DNA of 48,036 nt from a bacterium (GCA_037131455.1 JBAXRA010000001.1:1-48036), one strand, 5' to 3'. Positions 25,665-36,020 are shown, counted from the stretch's first letter. The notes: generated from the sequence alone by a model not told the origin. Translations and numbers: made by a program.

Positions 25665-27446
25665 TTAGATCATTTTCAACTTCTTCCCCACCTTCTCCAA
25701 TCTCACAATCTCCTCTTCAATCTCCTTCAACCCCTCCAAGAAAAATTCAGGCTTTGTCGTATCAATTCCAATTGATTTGAAAATATCCTCTGGAGTCATA
25801 CTTCCTCCGGCAGATAAAAACTTAATCACTGATTTTATAAACGTTGGATCCTTTTTATAACGAGCGTACATCGCCTTGCTGATAATATCCCCATAAGCAT
25901 AACTGTAAACATAAAAATGATTTCGAATGTGTGACCACTGCACAAAGAAATATCCATCTAACTCATTCAACTTTACAGACGGCCCCATATATTTCGACAT
26001 GTTTATGTTATGAAGTTCTGCCAAACGCTCCTTTGTAATTGAACCTTTCGTACGAACCTCGTTATGAATATCCACTTCAAAATTAAAACACGCAATTTGT
26101 CGAAAGACTGTAGAAATTGAATCTTGTACTCTCTTGTAATCAATTTCAAATTTTTCTTTTTCAGTAAGCTTTGTACTCAATGCTTCAACCCCAATATTTT
26201 CAAAGAAAGTACTGGCTACCTCAGCAGCGGAAATAGTATATTCACCATAAATCGCAGGTTGAGATTCTTTTGAAAGCTCACTATGGAAGGCGTGTCCCAT
26301 TTCGTGTGCAAGGGTAAAATATGACTCAGTATTTGGAACATTATTCAACATTACAAAAGTTGGATTATTAAGCGTGCTTGAACAAAAAGCTCCTCCGCTT
26401 TTGCCTTTTTTAGGATATACATCCACTTGTCCATTTTTTAAAAAGCCCTGAAACAAATCCACAAATTTTTGGTCAGTTTTTTCAAGGGCAAAATTAAACA
26501 ATTCAACACCTTTATCAAAAGATAATGGTTTCGCATTTGATTTTATCCCGACTGCTCTGTCTGCATATGATAAAGACTTCTCCTTTAAAACTTTTGCATG
26601 CAATCTGTAGAATCTCTGGCTAATTTTGAAATTTTTGGTAACAGTTTCAACCAAATTCTCAATACTTTTAACATCGTTTTGATACCCAATAATTCTAGCT
26701 TCGTATGGTTTAGTAAAACCCTTTAATTCATCAGAAGCCTTTTTGTCAGTTACAATTGCTGTCATTTCAGCTTCTGAAAAGTAACTAATTTCTTTTAACT
26801 TTTCCATTAATAATTTATGAAGTGCATAGCGATCCTTTTTTGGAAGACTACGAATCATGCCAGATGCTTCTGGGAGCGGTATTTCTTTGCCCTTCCACTT
26901 TATATTTTGAGAATTCAGTAATTTGTCAGAGTAATCATTCCACATACCACGTGAAGTGGTGCTCTTAATATTCAAAATTTTCTCTTCTGCTTCGGTCAAT
27001 ATGTACTTTGCTGTTAAAAACAATCTTTCAAGGAAAAACTTATATTTATGAAGGATTTTTGAAGCAAGAAATTCTTTTTGTTTTGAAGCAGAAATTTTTC
27101 CTAACTTTATTTCAAAGAAAATTATTTGGTTAAAAGCCTTTGTCAGCCTGTCTGTAAACAAATTCATTTTCGCCTGAGCTTCCTGATTTTGACTGTCTAC
27201 TGCTAACAACAAGTGTAGATAATACTGTGGTTTTGCCGGCATGAATTCTGCATACATTTTTTCGTACTCGTCTAAAGTTTTAAAAAGCACATTTTCATCA
27301 CTCAAATAACTCTCTTCCTTAGAATATTTCTTCGCAAAATCCTCACACGCTTTCTCCGCCATTTTCATATCAACCTCAATCTGAGGATCTTTCAATCCTT
27401 TTTTATAAAATAAGCTTTTAAAATCCCACTCTGTTTTGTATTTCAT
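25665..27446 (-). CDS. pepF: M3 family oligoendopeptidase F
   Basis: Zinc motif HEMGHAFH, about 590 aa long, with a typical M3B layout. Confidence 0.88.
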   Translation of the reverse strand: MKYKTEWDFKSLFYKKGLKDPQIEVDMKMAEKACEDFAKKYSKEESYLSDENVLFKTLDEYEKMYAEFMPAKPQYYLHLLLAVDSQNQEAQAKMNLFTDRLTKAFNQIIFFEIKLGKISASKQKEFLASKILHKYKFFLERLFLTAKYILTEAEEKILNIKSTTSRGMWNDYSDKLLNSQNIKWKGKEIPLPEASGMIRSLPKKDRYALHKLLMEKLKEISYFSEAEMTAIVTDKKASDELKGFTKPYEARIIGYQNDVKSIENLVETVTKNFKISQRFYRLHAKVLKEKSLSYADRAVGIKSNAKPLSFDKGVELFNFALEKTDQKFVDLFQGFLKNGQVDVYPKKGKSGGAFCSSTLNNPTFVMLNNVPNTESYFTLAHEMGHAFHSELSKESQPAIYGEYTISAAEVASTFFENIGVEALSTKLTEKEKFEIDYKRVQDSISTVFRQIACFNFEVDIHNEVRTKGSITKERLAELHNINMSKYMGPSVKLNELDGYFFVQWSHIRNHFYVYSYAYGDIISKAMYARYKKDPTFIKSVIKFLSAGGSMTPEDIFKSIGIDTTKPEFFLEGLKEIEEEIVRLEKVGKKLKMI

Positions 27447-27465
27447 ATTATTTAATTTTGCGAAA

Positions 27466-28257
27466 TTATGCCGCGCCCCGTCCTTTTAAGCGCGGCGCTT
27501 TTTCTAGGTGTTTTTTAAATGCCGTTCCTGCCTTTGTTCTGTAATCGCAATATTTGCATTCCGCAGATTCTTTCGGAATTGCCTCACCATCCAAACACTT
27601 TTTAACATCATCCAGCGTTTTTTCAATCCACGAATTGTCTCCTGTATATGGAATAACTTTCATTTCAAAATCTAATCTGGCCTCGAATGAATGTCGAGAT
27701 TCCTTTGTGGCATTGGCATAAACAAAGTAACCCGTACTTGAAACTTTGAACCCATTCTTTTCTAAAAGCCACTGATATACCTCCATTTGGCGTTTATAGC
27801 CTATCTGCCAGTCTGCATCGAGATTTACTTCGGAATCCTTGCTGGTTGACTTGTAATCGACAACAATAAGCTCCTCGTCCTTGTTAACCCAAACATCATC
27901 TACTGCTCCAAAGATAATTAAATTGTGCTTTTTGTCTACGTATTGCACTCCTACAAAGTTTTCTCTCCACACGTCTAAATCCTTATGGATAAAAGGTACG
28001 GCATCTATTTTATATGAAACCATAAGCGGATGTGCTGTTTTTGCTTTACGATGAATATCAAATTCTTTTTTTAAAAGATGATCAACTGCGCTATTCAAGG
28101 TAAATGGAAATGAATCAGGGCGAGAAACTCCCAATCGTCGATCTAGATAAAAACACCTTGGACACTCTAAAAACATATCGATTTTAGAGCGGCTCAATTT
28201 AAATGCCTCGTCAGCGCCTGGAATATATAGTTTCTTTTTATATGGGATAAATGCCAT
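27466..28257 (-). CDS. PD-(D/E)XK nuclease, Cas4-like with a four-Cys cluster
   Basis: N-terminal CPRCFYLD, a core VDD...VVDYKS (D...D/E-x-K), and a C-terminal C-x12-C-x2-C (CLDG...CKYCDY) arranged as in Cas4/AddB-type Fe-S nucleases. Confidence 0.7.
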   Translation of the reverse strand: MAFIPYKKKLYIPGADEAFKLSRSKIDMFLECPRCFYLDRRLGVSRPDSFPFTLNSAVDHLLKKEFDIHRKAKTAHPLMVSYKIDAVPFIHKDLDVWRENFVGVQYVDKKHNLIIFGAVDDVWVNKDEELIVVDYKSTSKDSEVNLDADWQIGYKRQMEVYQWLLEKNGFKVSSTGYFVYANATKESRHSFEARLDFEMKVIPYTGDNSWIEKTLDDVKKCLDGEAIPKESAECKYCDYRTKAGTAFKKHLEKAPRLKGRGAA

Positions 28258-29117
28258 TATTTTATGATTTGATTAACTTCTTCTAAAATATTAAAAATAG
28301 TTTCTTTGCTAAAGTTCATCTTTTCCATAATATCAGTATGTTTATGTAGATCTCGGCAAAGTATAATGTTCTTATCAATAAGCATTCTCTTTTGAGTACT
28401 ATCAAGGGCTGTAAGACATGTAATTGGATAGGATTTTGTGTCCTCAATCATGTCATGCAAGTTCCCTTCTTCGGGATATACCCAGCTTAGTAACTTCACA
28501 CCATTACAAACCGCATATGTGATGGCTGTATCTGTAAATTTAGTATTTGTAATTAACCACCATTCTGAAGGTTTACGAACTACCCCTCCGTAGTCAAAAA
28601 CATTTTGCTTAATATCGTTATAACGAGCACTGACGTAAAGCGCTACCTTCAAGTCACTCTTAGAAGCTGGGTCATTGTGGTATTTTACTTCACCCATAAT
28701 TAATTTTTCAGAATTCCAAGCAACGAGATCTACCTCGTGTGGCACACAAGTTCCCATGACAATTTGTCCAGTCAGTGTTTCGTAACCCTGTGTCTTAAAA
28801 ATCTCCGCAATATACTTTTCAAATGGAAATCCAGTTGGCCCAAGTTCAAAAAGCGATCTTTTTAGTGAGTACCTTAGTGCCGCGTCCCCTGCGTACTTTT
28901 TCAAGCATTCAAATGCTTCTCGATATAATTCAGAAACACCTATCTCTGAATGCTTTTTATCCTTTAAATGCTCCTCAATGTAATTTGCAACATCTGTCAG
29001 GACCTTGTCAGCAGAATGGCTTCCGGCACCAGCTTTAATAAGAGAATTCCTCAATTTATGAGGTTCGTAGAGTTCCTTTTCCCCGTCGGCTTTTACGAGT
29101 AAAACTTCCTTAAACAT
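28257..29117 (-). CDS. ATP-cone domain fused to an Mrr-like restriction endonuclease fold
   Basis: The N-terminus VLLVKADGEKELYEPHKLRNSLIKAG follows the ATP-cone pattern. The C-terminus FPFEKYIAEIFKTQGYE...HEVDLVAW...GEVKY follows the (P)D...ExK pattern. The start at 29117 overlaps the mnmA stop (TAATG). Confidence 0.65.
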   Translation of the reverse strand: MFKEVLLVKADGEKELYEPHKLRNSLIKAGAGSHSADKVLTDVANYIEEHLKDKKHSEIGVSELYREAFECLKKYAGDAALRYSLKRSLFELGPTGFPFEKYIAEIFKTQGYETLTGQIVMGTCVPHEVDLVAWNSEKLIMGEVKYHNDPASKSDLKVALYVSARYNDIKQNVFDYGGVVRKPSEWWLITNTKFTDTAITYAVCNGVKLLSWVYPEEGNLHDMIEDTKSYPITCLTALDSTQKRMLIDKNIILCRDLHKHTDIMEKMNFSKETIFNILEEVNQIIK

Positions 29118-30154
29118 TAGGCTATGATACCACCTCCGAGGCATTTCTCGCCACTGTACAAAACCACAGATTGTCCGCTTGCTAATACCTGGGTTTTTTT
29201 GAACGTAATTTTGCCTGTATTAGGGTCAAAGTGACAGTCCTGTTTTTGTTGTCGATATCTAACACGAGCTTGAATATTTGAAGGGATTTCCTCTGAATTC
29301 CAGTTTACGTTGGTAAGTTGAGCTACTAGTGTAGAGCCATCCTTTTCATTGTTTAAAAAATTAGAACTACTTACAGTAATTGTATTCAAATATATATCTT
29401 TATTTAAAACGTACATTGGCTTGTCATTAGTGCCTGTTTGGTAAGCCTTAAAGCCAATTCTCTCACCTATTGTATAGAGAACTGCTCCGTCGTGCTCGCC
29501 GATTACATTTCCATCAATATCTAGAACATTTCCACCACTAGTCTGTATATTCTTTTTTAAGAAATCCTTCATATCAACATGTCCAATAAAGCAAATCCCT
29601 TGGCTATCCTTTTTATTAAAAACTGGGAGTTTGTTTTTTTCAGCAATTTTGCGAACTTTCGTTTTGAGTAAATGTCCAATTGGAAAAATCACTCGCGATA
29701 AATCATCTGCTGTCAAAGTCCACAAGAAATAACTTTGGTCTTTTGACGGATCCTTTCCTTCATACAAAGTATTATCCTTAACATTGGCATAATGACCAGT
29801 TGCAACATAATCAATACCCATTTTTTTGGCCAAATCTAGAAAACCACCAAATTTGATATGGCGATTACACATAATGTCAGGGTTCGGAGTTCTACCTTTC
29901 GAATATTCTGAAATCATGTAATCAACCACGTGTTTTTTGTATTCATGGCTTAAATCAAGGGTTAAAAAGGGTATATCAATCTGTGCACATACTCTCATCG
30001 CATCCCTACGGTCGTCCTTCCAGGTACATTCAACGTCATCTGGCTGCCAGACTTTGATAAAAACACCGGTGACGTCATAGCCTTGTTTTTTAAGTAGGTA
30101 CGCAGAAACAGCCGAATCAACCCCGCCTGACATTCCAACCCAGACTTTTTTCAT
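29117..30154 (-). CDS. mnmA: tRNA-specific 2-thiouridylase
   Basis: PP-loop VGMSGGVDSAV and the catalytic Cys context QGICFIG. Confidence 0.93.
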   Translation of the reverse strand: MKKVWVGMSGGVDSAVSAYLLKKQGYDVTGVFIKVWQPDDVECTWKDDRRDAMRVCAQIDIPFLTLDLSHEYKKHVVDYMISEYSKGRTPNPDIMCNRHIKFGGFLDLAKKMGIDYVATGHYANVKDNTLYEGKDPSKDQSYFLWTLTADDLSRVIFPIGHLLKTKVRKIAEKNKLPVFNKKDSQGICFIGHVDMKDFLKKNIQTSGGNVLDIDGNVIGEHDGAVLYTIGERIGFKAYQTGTNDKPMYVLNKDIYLNTITVSSSNFLNNEKDGSTLVAQLTNVNWNSEEIPSNIQARVRYRQQKQDCHFDPNTGKITFKKTQVLASGQSVVLYSGEKCLGGGIIA

Positions 30155-30166
30155 AGCGATACTATA

Positions 30167-31159
30167 CTACTTTAAGTACTGATTTTTCAACCTCAAATGC
30201 TCCGCGTAAGTTATTGAAAAATGACTAGTCCCATCTTTATCATTCAGAAAGAACACATACTTATTCGGGGTAGGCTGTGCTGCAGCTAATAGAGTTTCAA
30301 GTCCGGGGTTTGAGATCGGTGTTGGAGGTAATCCTTTGTAATTGTAAGTATTGTAAAGTGAGTCAATTTTCAAGTCACTAAGTGTCAACTCGGCTGAAGT
30401 CTTCTGATTAATATACGAAAAAGTCGAATCAACCTGGAGCGCCATACCGTTTGCAATTCGACGCCATAATAAATCCGAAACAATCTTACGATCCTCTAGT
30501 GTGCGAACTTCACCTTCTAAAATCGAGGCCATTTTAACAATGTCTGCCAAAGAATGTCCCGAACTTGCAATCGCCGCATTAAATTCCTGGTTTTGTAAAA
30601 CTTTCTGGTTAAAAGTATTCTGCATTTTAGCTATTACCTCACCTGAAGTGGCATACGGCATGAAATAATAAGTTTCTGGGAACAAATGCCCTTCATAATT
30701 TTTTGATGAACTTGCAAAATCCTCTTCACTTATGGCAGGAATTTCTGCATGGACTTTCTCGGCAATTTGCATAACATTTAACCCTTCAGGGATTGTTAAC
30801 TTTATAGCTTTAAACCCACTATCGCCCGTCACAAGCCTTCTCACAACCTCATTCAAGCTAATTTTTGCCTTCTTTTTTCCATCTGCAAATTGATAAAATC
30901 CAGCGGCAATATTATTTTCAGAGCCTCTCATTGTCACAAGTGCTCGAAACAAAAATGGTGAATCTATTACACCTTCTTTTTGTAATTCACGCGCAACACT
31001 TGCCAAACCTTGTCCCTTATCCACTGTAACAATGATCTGTCCACCACGTTCAATTTTAAATGGAATAAATATTTTAGCAGCCAATCCTAAAGCCAAAATA
31101 ATAAGCGCAATTAAAATTGCATAAATGATCAGTTTGTGTTTTTGAATAATTTGCATCAT
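30167..31159 (-). CDS. mltG: endolytic murein transglycosylase (YceG-like)
   Basis: N-terminal TM segment, YEGHLFPETYYF, and a C-terminal YVFFLNDKDGTSHFSITYAEH. Confidence 0.88.
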   Translation of the reverse strand: MMQIIQKHKLIIYAILIALIILALGLAAKIFIPFKIERGGQIIVTVDKGQGLASVARELQKEGVIDSPFLFRALVTMRGSENNIAAGFYQFADGKKKAKISLNEVVRRLVTGDSGFKAIKLTIPEGLNVMQIAEKVHAEIPAISEEDFASSSKNYEGHLFPETYYFMPYATSGEVIAKMQNTFNQKVLQNQEFNAAIASSGHSLADIVKMASILEGEVRTLEDRKIVSDLLWRRIANGMALQVDSTFSYINQKTSAELTLSDLKIDSLYNTYNYKGLPPTPISNPGLETLLAAAQPTPNKYVFFLNDKDGTSHFSITYAEHLRLKNQYLK

Positions 31160-31161
31160 TT

Positions 31162-32424
31162 TTAAATCGGTAAGTCCGATGGAGCTTCTGCCTTCTTTGC
31201 TGTAACTCGGTTTAATGTAGGAGTCTTCGATACATCTCCAGGGAAATGGTAAATGGTAGCTAATTCTTCGGCGCTGAATACGGACAATCTAGGGTCAAAC
31301 TTGTAGTCTTCTTTGTAGCCATAAGGTATAAATTCAGGATAGAAAAAAGACCGATGTCTGTACAAGTCAAAAAGTCTTTTCTTGTGTTCTATTAAACGTT
31401 TTTCACCTCCTATGAATTTATTAAATCTAAACTTGTCTGGGTCGATATCGTTTACACCCTCAAGACTGTTCAAATTTGTAACGTTGTATTGCTTGAATGC
31501 GTTTTTAATTCCACCAACTGTGCTTTTTCTTTCGGAACCCTTTTTTGCAATATAGACCGCTCGAATTCCACAATCAAAAGCTGTTTTTGTAATATTATCC
31601 TCGATTGCATCTGCAGCCTGTTTTTCTCCTTTAGTTAAAACAAATTGCCATGGGCTTGTTTTGTCCCCATCTACTTTTTGATCTCGTTTTGTAAGCTTTA
31701 TAATATCTTTTTGTGCGGCGTGCCTCCAGTCTACGTAATCACCCTTATCCTTATCAAATTTATCCTTTCCGTGTGCACGTACACAAATCTGGATCCAAAC
31801 CTGCTCATTCTTTTGAAGTGAGCCTAAAAATTCCATCATTGGGGTAATCGGATCAATTTTGAATTCATCATCAGGGTTATCCTGTAATTTGTAGGCAGTA
31901 TAAGTTTTTATCGGAAGGTGAGATGCCTCTTTTTTTCTAATTTCAGTACCCCAATATTCAAAATTTTCAGGATCAAATGGAATATTATAAGTATAATCTC
32001 TGACTCCTATATCCTGAATTTCAATTTCAGGATACTGAGAATAAAATTGATTTTCAATAAGTTCTTTATACTTTGTCTTAGTCCACATGAAAAACCGAAC
32101 TGATCCACCAATTGATGCAATCTCAAGCGAAAACCACGGTCTTGTTTCACCTGTCCAGTACCGCTTTTTAAATTCGTGATCTTTTCCTCCTTGAGATAAT
32201 GAGTTAAGAAATAACTCCATGGCAACTGGAGATTTTGTGTTATTTTTTGGAATTTTTATTTCGAGGACTGTATACTTTTGTTCTGCATAATATTTCGCCT
32301 TCACGTATTTTTTCCAATCTTTTATAAACTTAGCACCTAAAACAGATGGAATGGCAATAATTGCAACCACATAGAAAAGCGTGAATATAAGTCCGGCTGA
32401 GGAATTTACGAGATCAGGTGTCAT
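31162..32424 (-). CDS. hypothetical membrane-anchored protein
   Basis: 420-aa ORF with one N-terminal TM segment followed by a soluble domain. No motif that I can name with confidence. Its stop lies 2 nt before the mltG start. Confidence 0.6.
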   Translation of the reverse strand: MTPDLVNSSAGLIFTLFYVVAIIAIPSVLGAKFIKDWKKYVKAKYYAEQKYTVLEIKIPKNNTKSPVAMELFLNSLSQGGKDHEFKKRYWTGETRPWFSLEIASIGGSVRFFMWTKTKYKELIENQFYSQYPEIEIQDIGVRDYTYNIPFDPENFEYWGTEIRKKEASHLPIKTYTAYKLQDNPDDEFKIDPITPMMEFLGSLQKNEQVWIQICVRAHGKDKFDKDKGDYVDWRHAAQKDIIKLTKRDQKVDGDKTSPWQFVLTKGEKQAADAIEDNITKTAFDCGIRAVYIAKKGSERKSTVGGIKNAFKQYNVTNLNSLEGVNDIDPDKFRFNKFIGGEKRLIEHKKRLFDLYRHRSFFYPEFIPYGYKEDYKFDPRLSVFSAEELATIYHFPGDVSKTPTLNRVTAKKAEAPSDLPI

Positions 32425-32463
32425 CGGGTTTATTTTAACCCAATCGAGACTGCATTACAACAA

Positions 32464-33516
32464 TTATTTTACTTGAGTAAAATCAACCAAGTGGTATCGT
32501 CCTTCTTTGTCTTTTTTAAAGAATCGATTGTTCTGTAAATTAACAAGAATAGTATTTTCCTTTACAAATCTTTCCTTCAAAACCTTCTGGATAATTTCAT
32601 CTTTTGGAAGTGGACCGTGCTTAGACAAAACCTTCTTGATAACGTCTTTAACAACACCGGATAGGTATCCCCACTCTGCAAGTGCATACAAACCACGTCC
32701 AACTAGAACAAAACGCTTGTCTTTGATTAATTCGTTGTGAGTCGTTGCGATATGAGCCTTCTTATTGAAAAGTTTCTCAATCAATTTAGCAATATCTCGG
32801 AAGTGAATTGGAGAACCGTGCTTTCGCATAGCCAAGAACGCAAAGTCTCGGATACCCTTTGTCTTTACATTTGGAGAAACAGTTTTACCCCATTCACCTA
32901 GTGGATTTTTGTCGATGTGCTTTGAAATGCGTAACCATCTGCGAGCAACCTCATCACTCTTGTACTTGTCGTTGACATCCTTAAGATTATCGAAAAACAT
33001 CTGAATCATTTCTGCTTCAGGAACTAGATCATCATTTGAAAGAGACTTGTAAAGTTTTCGGAGTGCATCGTGGATTCTTTTTGTAAGATCCTGGTCAACG
33101 TGCCATCGGTGCTTGAATTCATCGTCTTCACGTTCTTTCTTGAAAGTAAGACCTACGGTCAATATAAATTGAATGTGGTTTTTTGTAGATTGATCCTTTG
33201 CCAAATGACTAAGCAAATCTTCTTCTGACACAAGTGAACCTAAGTCACGAATCAAAGTTTCAAGAGCAAGGAAAGAAGAGGCCTCGTCCTTGAATTGCTG
33301 AGACTTTCGAATGTTTGCAATAGCAGCATTTTCAATCTGGCGTACACGCTCTCGGGTAATATTATAGTCCTGACCAATGCCTTCCAAGGTCATGCGTTCT
33401 GCATTTTTATCAAGTCCGTATCTTTTGATCATGACAAGTCGAGCACGTTCGTGGAGTGACGAAAGAAGCTTTTTTACGACCTGTTTTGGTTTGAATGGGA
33501 GGGTTGCTGTTGCCAT
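32464..33516 (-). CDS. DNA-binding protein with an N-terminal sigma-70 region 4-like HTH and C-terminal HARE-HTH-like modules
   Basis: MTLEGIGQDYNITRERVRQIENAAIANIRK is a classic sigma region 4.2 sequence, but regions 2 and 3 are absent. The C-terminus ...HFRDIAKLIEKLF...ELIKDKRFVLVGRGLYALAEWGY resembles the HARE-HTH (RNAP delta N-terminal domain-like) motif. Confidence 0.6.
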   Translation of the reverse strand: MATATLPFKPKQVVKKLLSSLHERARLVMIKRYGLDKNAERMTLEGIGQDYNITRERVRQIENAAIANIRKSQQFKDEASSFLALETLIRDLGSLVSEEDLLSHLAKDQSTKNHIQFILTVGLTFKKEREDDEFKHRWHVDQDLTKRIHDALRKLYKSLSNDDLVPEAEMIQMFFDNLKDVNDKYKSDEVARRWLRISKHIDKNPLGEWGKTVSPNVKTKGIRDFAFLAMRKHGSPIHFRDIAKLIEKLFNKKAHIATTHNELIKDKRFVLVGRGLYALAEWGYLSGVVKDVIKKVLSKHGPLPKDEIIQKVLKERFVKENTILVNLQNNRFFKKDKEGRYHLVDFTQVK

Positions 33517-33568
33517 TTGATTAGTTATTTATGGTGTATTTTTAGCATAAATGCTGAATATCGTCAAG

Positions 33569-35974
33569 TTATCCCTTGACAACAAAGTTTACGAGCCTAT
33601 TTTTGACGTAAATTTGTTTTACAATTTCCTTACCTTCAAGGTGTTTTTGAATTTCTACCTTTTCCATTATAGCCTTTAAAACAAAGGCTTCCTCAGGATT
33701 ATTGGTCTCTAGAACTCCTCTAAACTTGCCATTAATTTGAATGGTGATTTTGAAGGAATCATTGACAAGCTTTGCCTCATCAAAGAGCGGCCACTTCTCG
33801 ATATGGATGCTCTTTTTGTGTCCCAATTGAGACCATAGTTCGTCAGCAATATGAGGAGTAAATGGAGCAAGTAGTAAAAGAAGCTTCTCATACGTATCCT
33901 TGTCTACATTTTCCTCAGCTTCTAATGCGTTCAATAGAATCATCATCGATGAAACCGCGGTATTGTGCGAAAATTCCTGTATATCCTCACCTACTTTTTT
34001 AATAGTTTTGTGGAAAAGAGATTCTGTCTCCTTTTTAAGTTCAGCTTTTTTAACAACTTTATTTTTAAGTCTCCAGACTCGTTCAATGAATCTTCTTGAT
34101 CCAATCATGTTGTCTGTGCTCCATGAAATCGCTTGATCAAATGGTCCCATGAACATCTCGTAGACACGCAATGTGTCTGCACCATACAATTTTACAATAT
34201 CATCAGGATTAACTACGTTTCCGAAGCGTTTTGACATTTTCTGTCCATCTGGACCCATAATAAGTCCTTGATTTCGAAGCTGTGTGAATGGTTCCGATTG
34301 AGAAACCACACCGATATCATACAAAAACTTGTGCCAGAATCTTGCGTAAATTAGATGTCTTGTTGCATGCTCTGTTCCGCCAACATACACATCAACCGGC
34401 GACCAATACTTTTCTTTTTTAGGATCAACTAACATTTTCTTGTTCTTTGGATCCATGTAACGCAAATAGTACCAACATGAACCTGCCCATTGAGGCATGG
34501 TGTTTGTTTCGCGCTTAGCATTACCCTTGCAATTTGGACATTTTGTATTGACCCATTTTGTGATCGCTGCTAGTGGCGACTCTCCTGTTCCGGTCGGTTC
34601 GTAAAACTTTACATTAGGAAGTTTAAGCGGAAGTTCCTTTTCTGGCACTGGAACGACTCCGCATTTTGCACAGTGAACAAGCGGGATTGGCTCTCCCCAG
34701 TATCTTTGACGTGAAAAAACCCAGTCGCGAAGTTTGTAGCGGACGACGGTCTTCCCTCCACAGAATTTTGTGATTTCTGACAGGATTGATTCAGAATCTT
34801 TTCCATTAAATTTTCCAGAATTAATTAAAGTTCCACCTCCTGTGTAAGATTTTTCATCTGAAACATGCTCTGATCCTATTACTGAAACTATTGGTAAATT
34901 ATACTTTTTCGCAAACATAAAATCTCTCTCGTCATGTGCAGGCACTGCCATCACCGCCCCTGTTCCATAGTCAGCTAGAACATAGTCAGCGATCCAAACA
35001 GGCACCTCCTCGTTATTGGCAGGATTAATTGCGAAAACCCCGTTTAAATGAACCCCTGTTTTCTCTTTTCCCTCAGCAGTTCTTTCTATTTGAGTTTTCT
35101 TAGATACATCCTTGATAAACGATTGCACCTTATCCCAATTTTTAATCTGAGGTTTTAATTTTTCTACCAAATGACTTTCAGGTGCAAGAACTACATAGGT
35201 CACTCCAAAAATCGTATCTGGTCTTGTTGTAAATACAGAAATCTCCTCTTTTGAATCCTTAATTTTAAAAGTTAATTCAGATCCCTCACTTCGACCAATC
35301 CAGTTTTTCTGAGATTCCTTGATTGAATTTGGCCAATTTAAAGCATCGATATCTTTTAATAATCGATCTGCGTAATCTGTAATTCTAATCACCCATTGTC
35401 GAATTGGTTTTTTCTCGACAATTGATCCACATCGTTCACATTTGCCATTATCTAAATCTTCATTTGCCAATCCAGTTTTACACGAAGGACACCAATTAAT
35501 TGGTTCGTGTGATTCAAAAGTTAAACCCTTTTTGTGCATTTGCAAAAATGCCCACTGAGTCCATTTATAATATTCAGGATCTGTTGTGTTTACTTCTCGA
35601 TCCCAGTCATAACAAAAACCGAGAACTGAAAGTTGCTCTTTATATCTTTTTACATTCTTTTTAACTGCAATTGATGGATGAATCTTATTCTTTAAAGCAA
35701 ATTCCTCTGCAGGTAGCCCAAATGCATCCCATCCCATCGGATGAAGGACATTAAATCCGGACATTCTCTTAAATCTTGCCAGTACATCTGTGGCGATATA
35801 ACCCTTTGGGTGGCCTACGTGGAGTCCAGAACCAGATGGGTATGGAAACATGTCTAGGATGTAAGATTTTGGCTTTTTAGAGCCCTCTGTAGTCTTGTAT
35901 ATGCCAGATTTCTTCCATGTAGATTGCCACTTTTTTTCAAGTTTTAAGTGATCATACGAAATAGGTTTTTTCAT
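33569..35974 (-). CDS. leuS: leucine--tRNA ligase
   Basis: HIGH-type PYPSGSGLHVGHP, KMSKS-type QKMSKRFGN, and a CP1 editing domain. The ATG at 35974 (MKKPISYDHLKLEKKWQ) is preferred; the ORF track extension runs into the GC islet. Confidence 0.95.
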   Translation of the reverse strand: MKKPISYDHLKLEKKWQSTWKKSGIYKTTEGSKKPKSYILDMFPYPSGSGLHVGHPKGYIATDVLARFKRMSGFNVLHPMGWDAFGLPAEEFALKNKIHPSIAVKKNVKRYKEQLSVLGFCYDWDREVNTTDPEYYKWTQWAFLQMHKKGLTFESHEPINWCPSCKTGLANEDLDNGKCERCGSIVEKKPIRQWVIRITDYADRLLKDIDALNWPNSIKESQKNWIGRSEGSELTFKIKDSKEEISVFTTRPDTIFGVTYVVLAPESHLVEKLKPQIKNWDKVQSFIKDVSKKTQIERTAEGKEKTGVHLNGVFAINPANNEEVPVWIADYVLADYGTGAVMAVPAHDERDFMFAKKYNLPIVSVIGSEHVSDEKSYTGGGTLINSGKFNGKDSESILSEITKFCGGKTVVRYKLRDWVFSRQRYWGEPIPLVHCAKCGVVPVPEKELPLKLPNVKFYEPTGTGESPLAAITKWVNTKCPNCKGNAKRETNTMPQWAGSCWYYLRYMDPKNKKMLVDPKKEKYWSPVDVYVGGTEHATRHLIYARFWHKFLYDIGVVSQSEPFTQLRNQGLIMGPDGQKMSKRFGNVVNPDDIVKLYGADTLRVYEMFMGPFDQAISWSTDNMIGSRRFIERVWRLKNKVVKKAELKKETESLFHKTIKKVGEDIQEFSHNTAVSSMMILLNALEAEENVDKDTYEKLLLLLAPFTPHIADELWSQLGHKKSIHIEKWPLFDEAKLVNDSFKITIQINGKFRGVLETNNPEEAFVLKAIMEKVEIQKHLEGKEIVKQIYVKNRLVNFVVKG

Positions 35975-36020
35975 GGAAATATAGTAACAAAAAAGAGATG
36001 TTGTGGCTAATTTAAGTATA

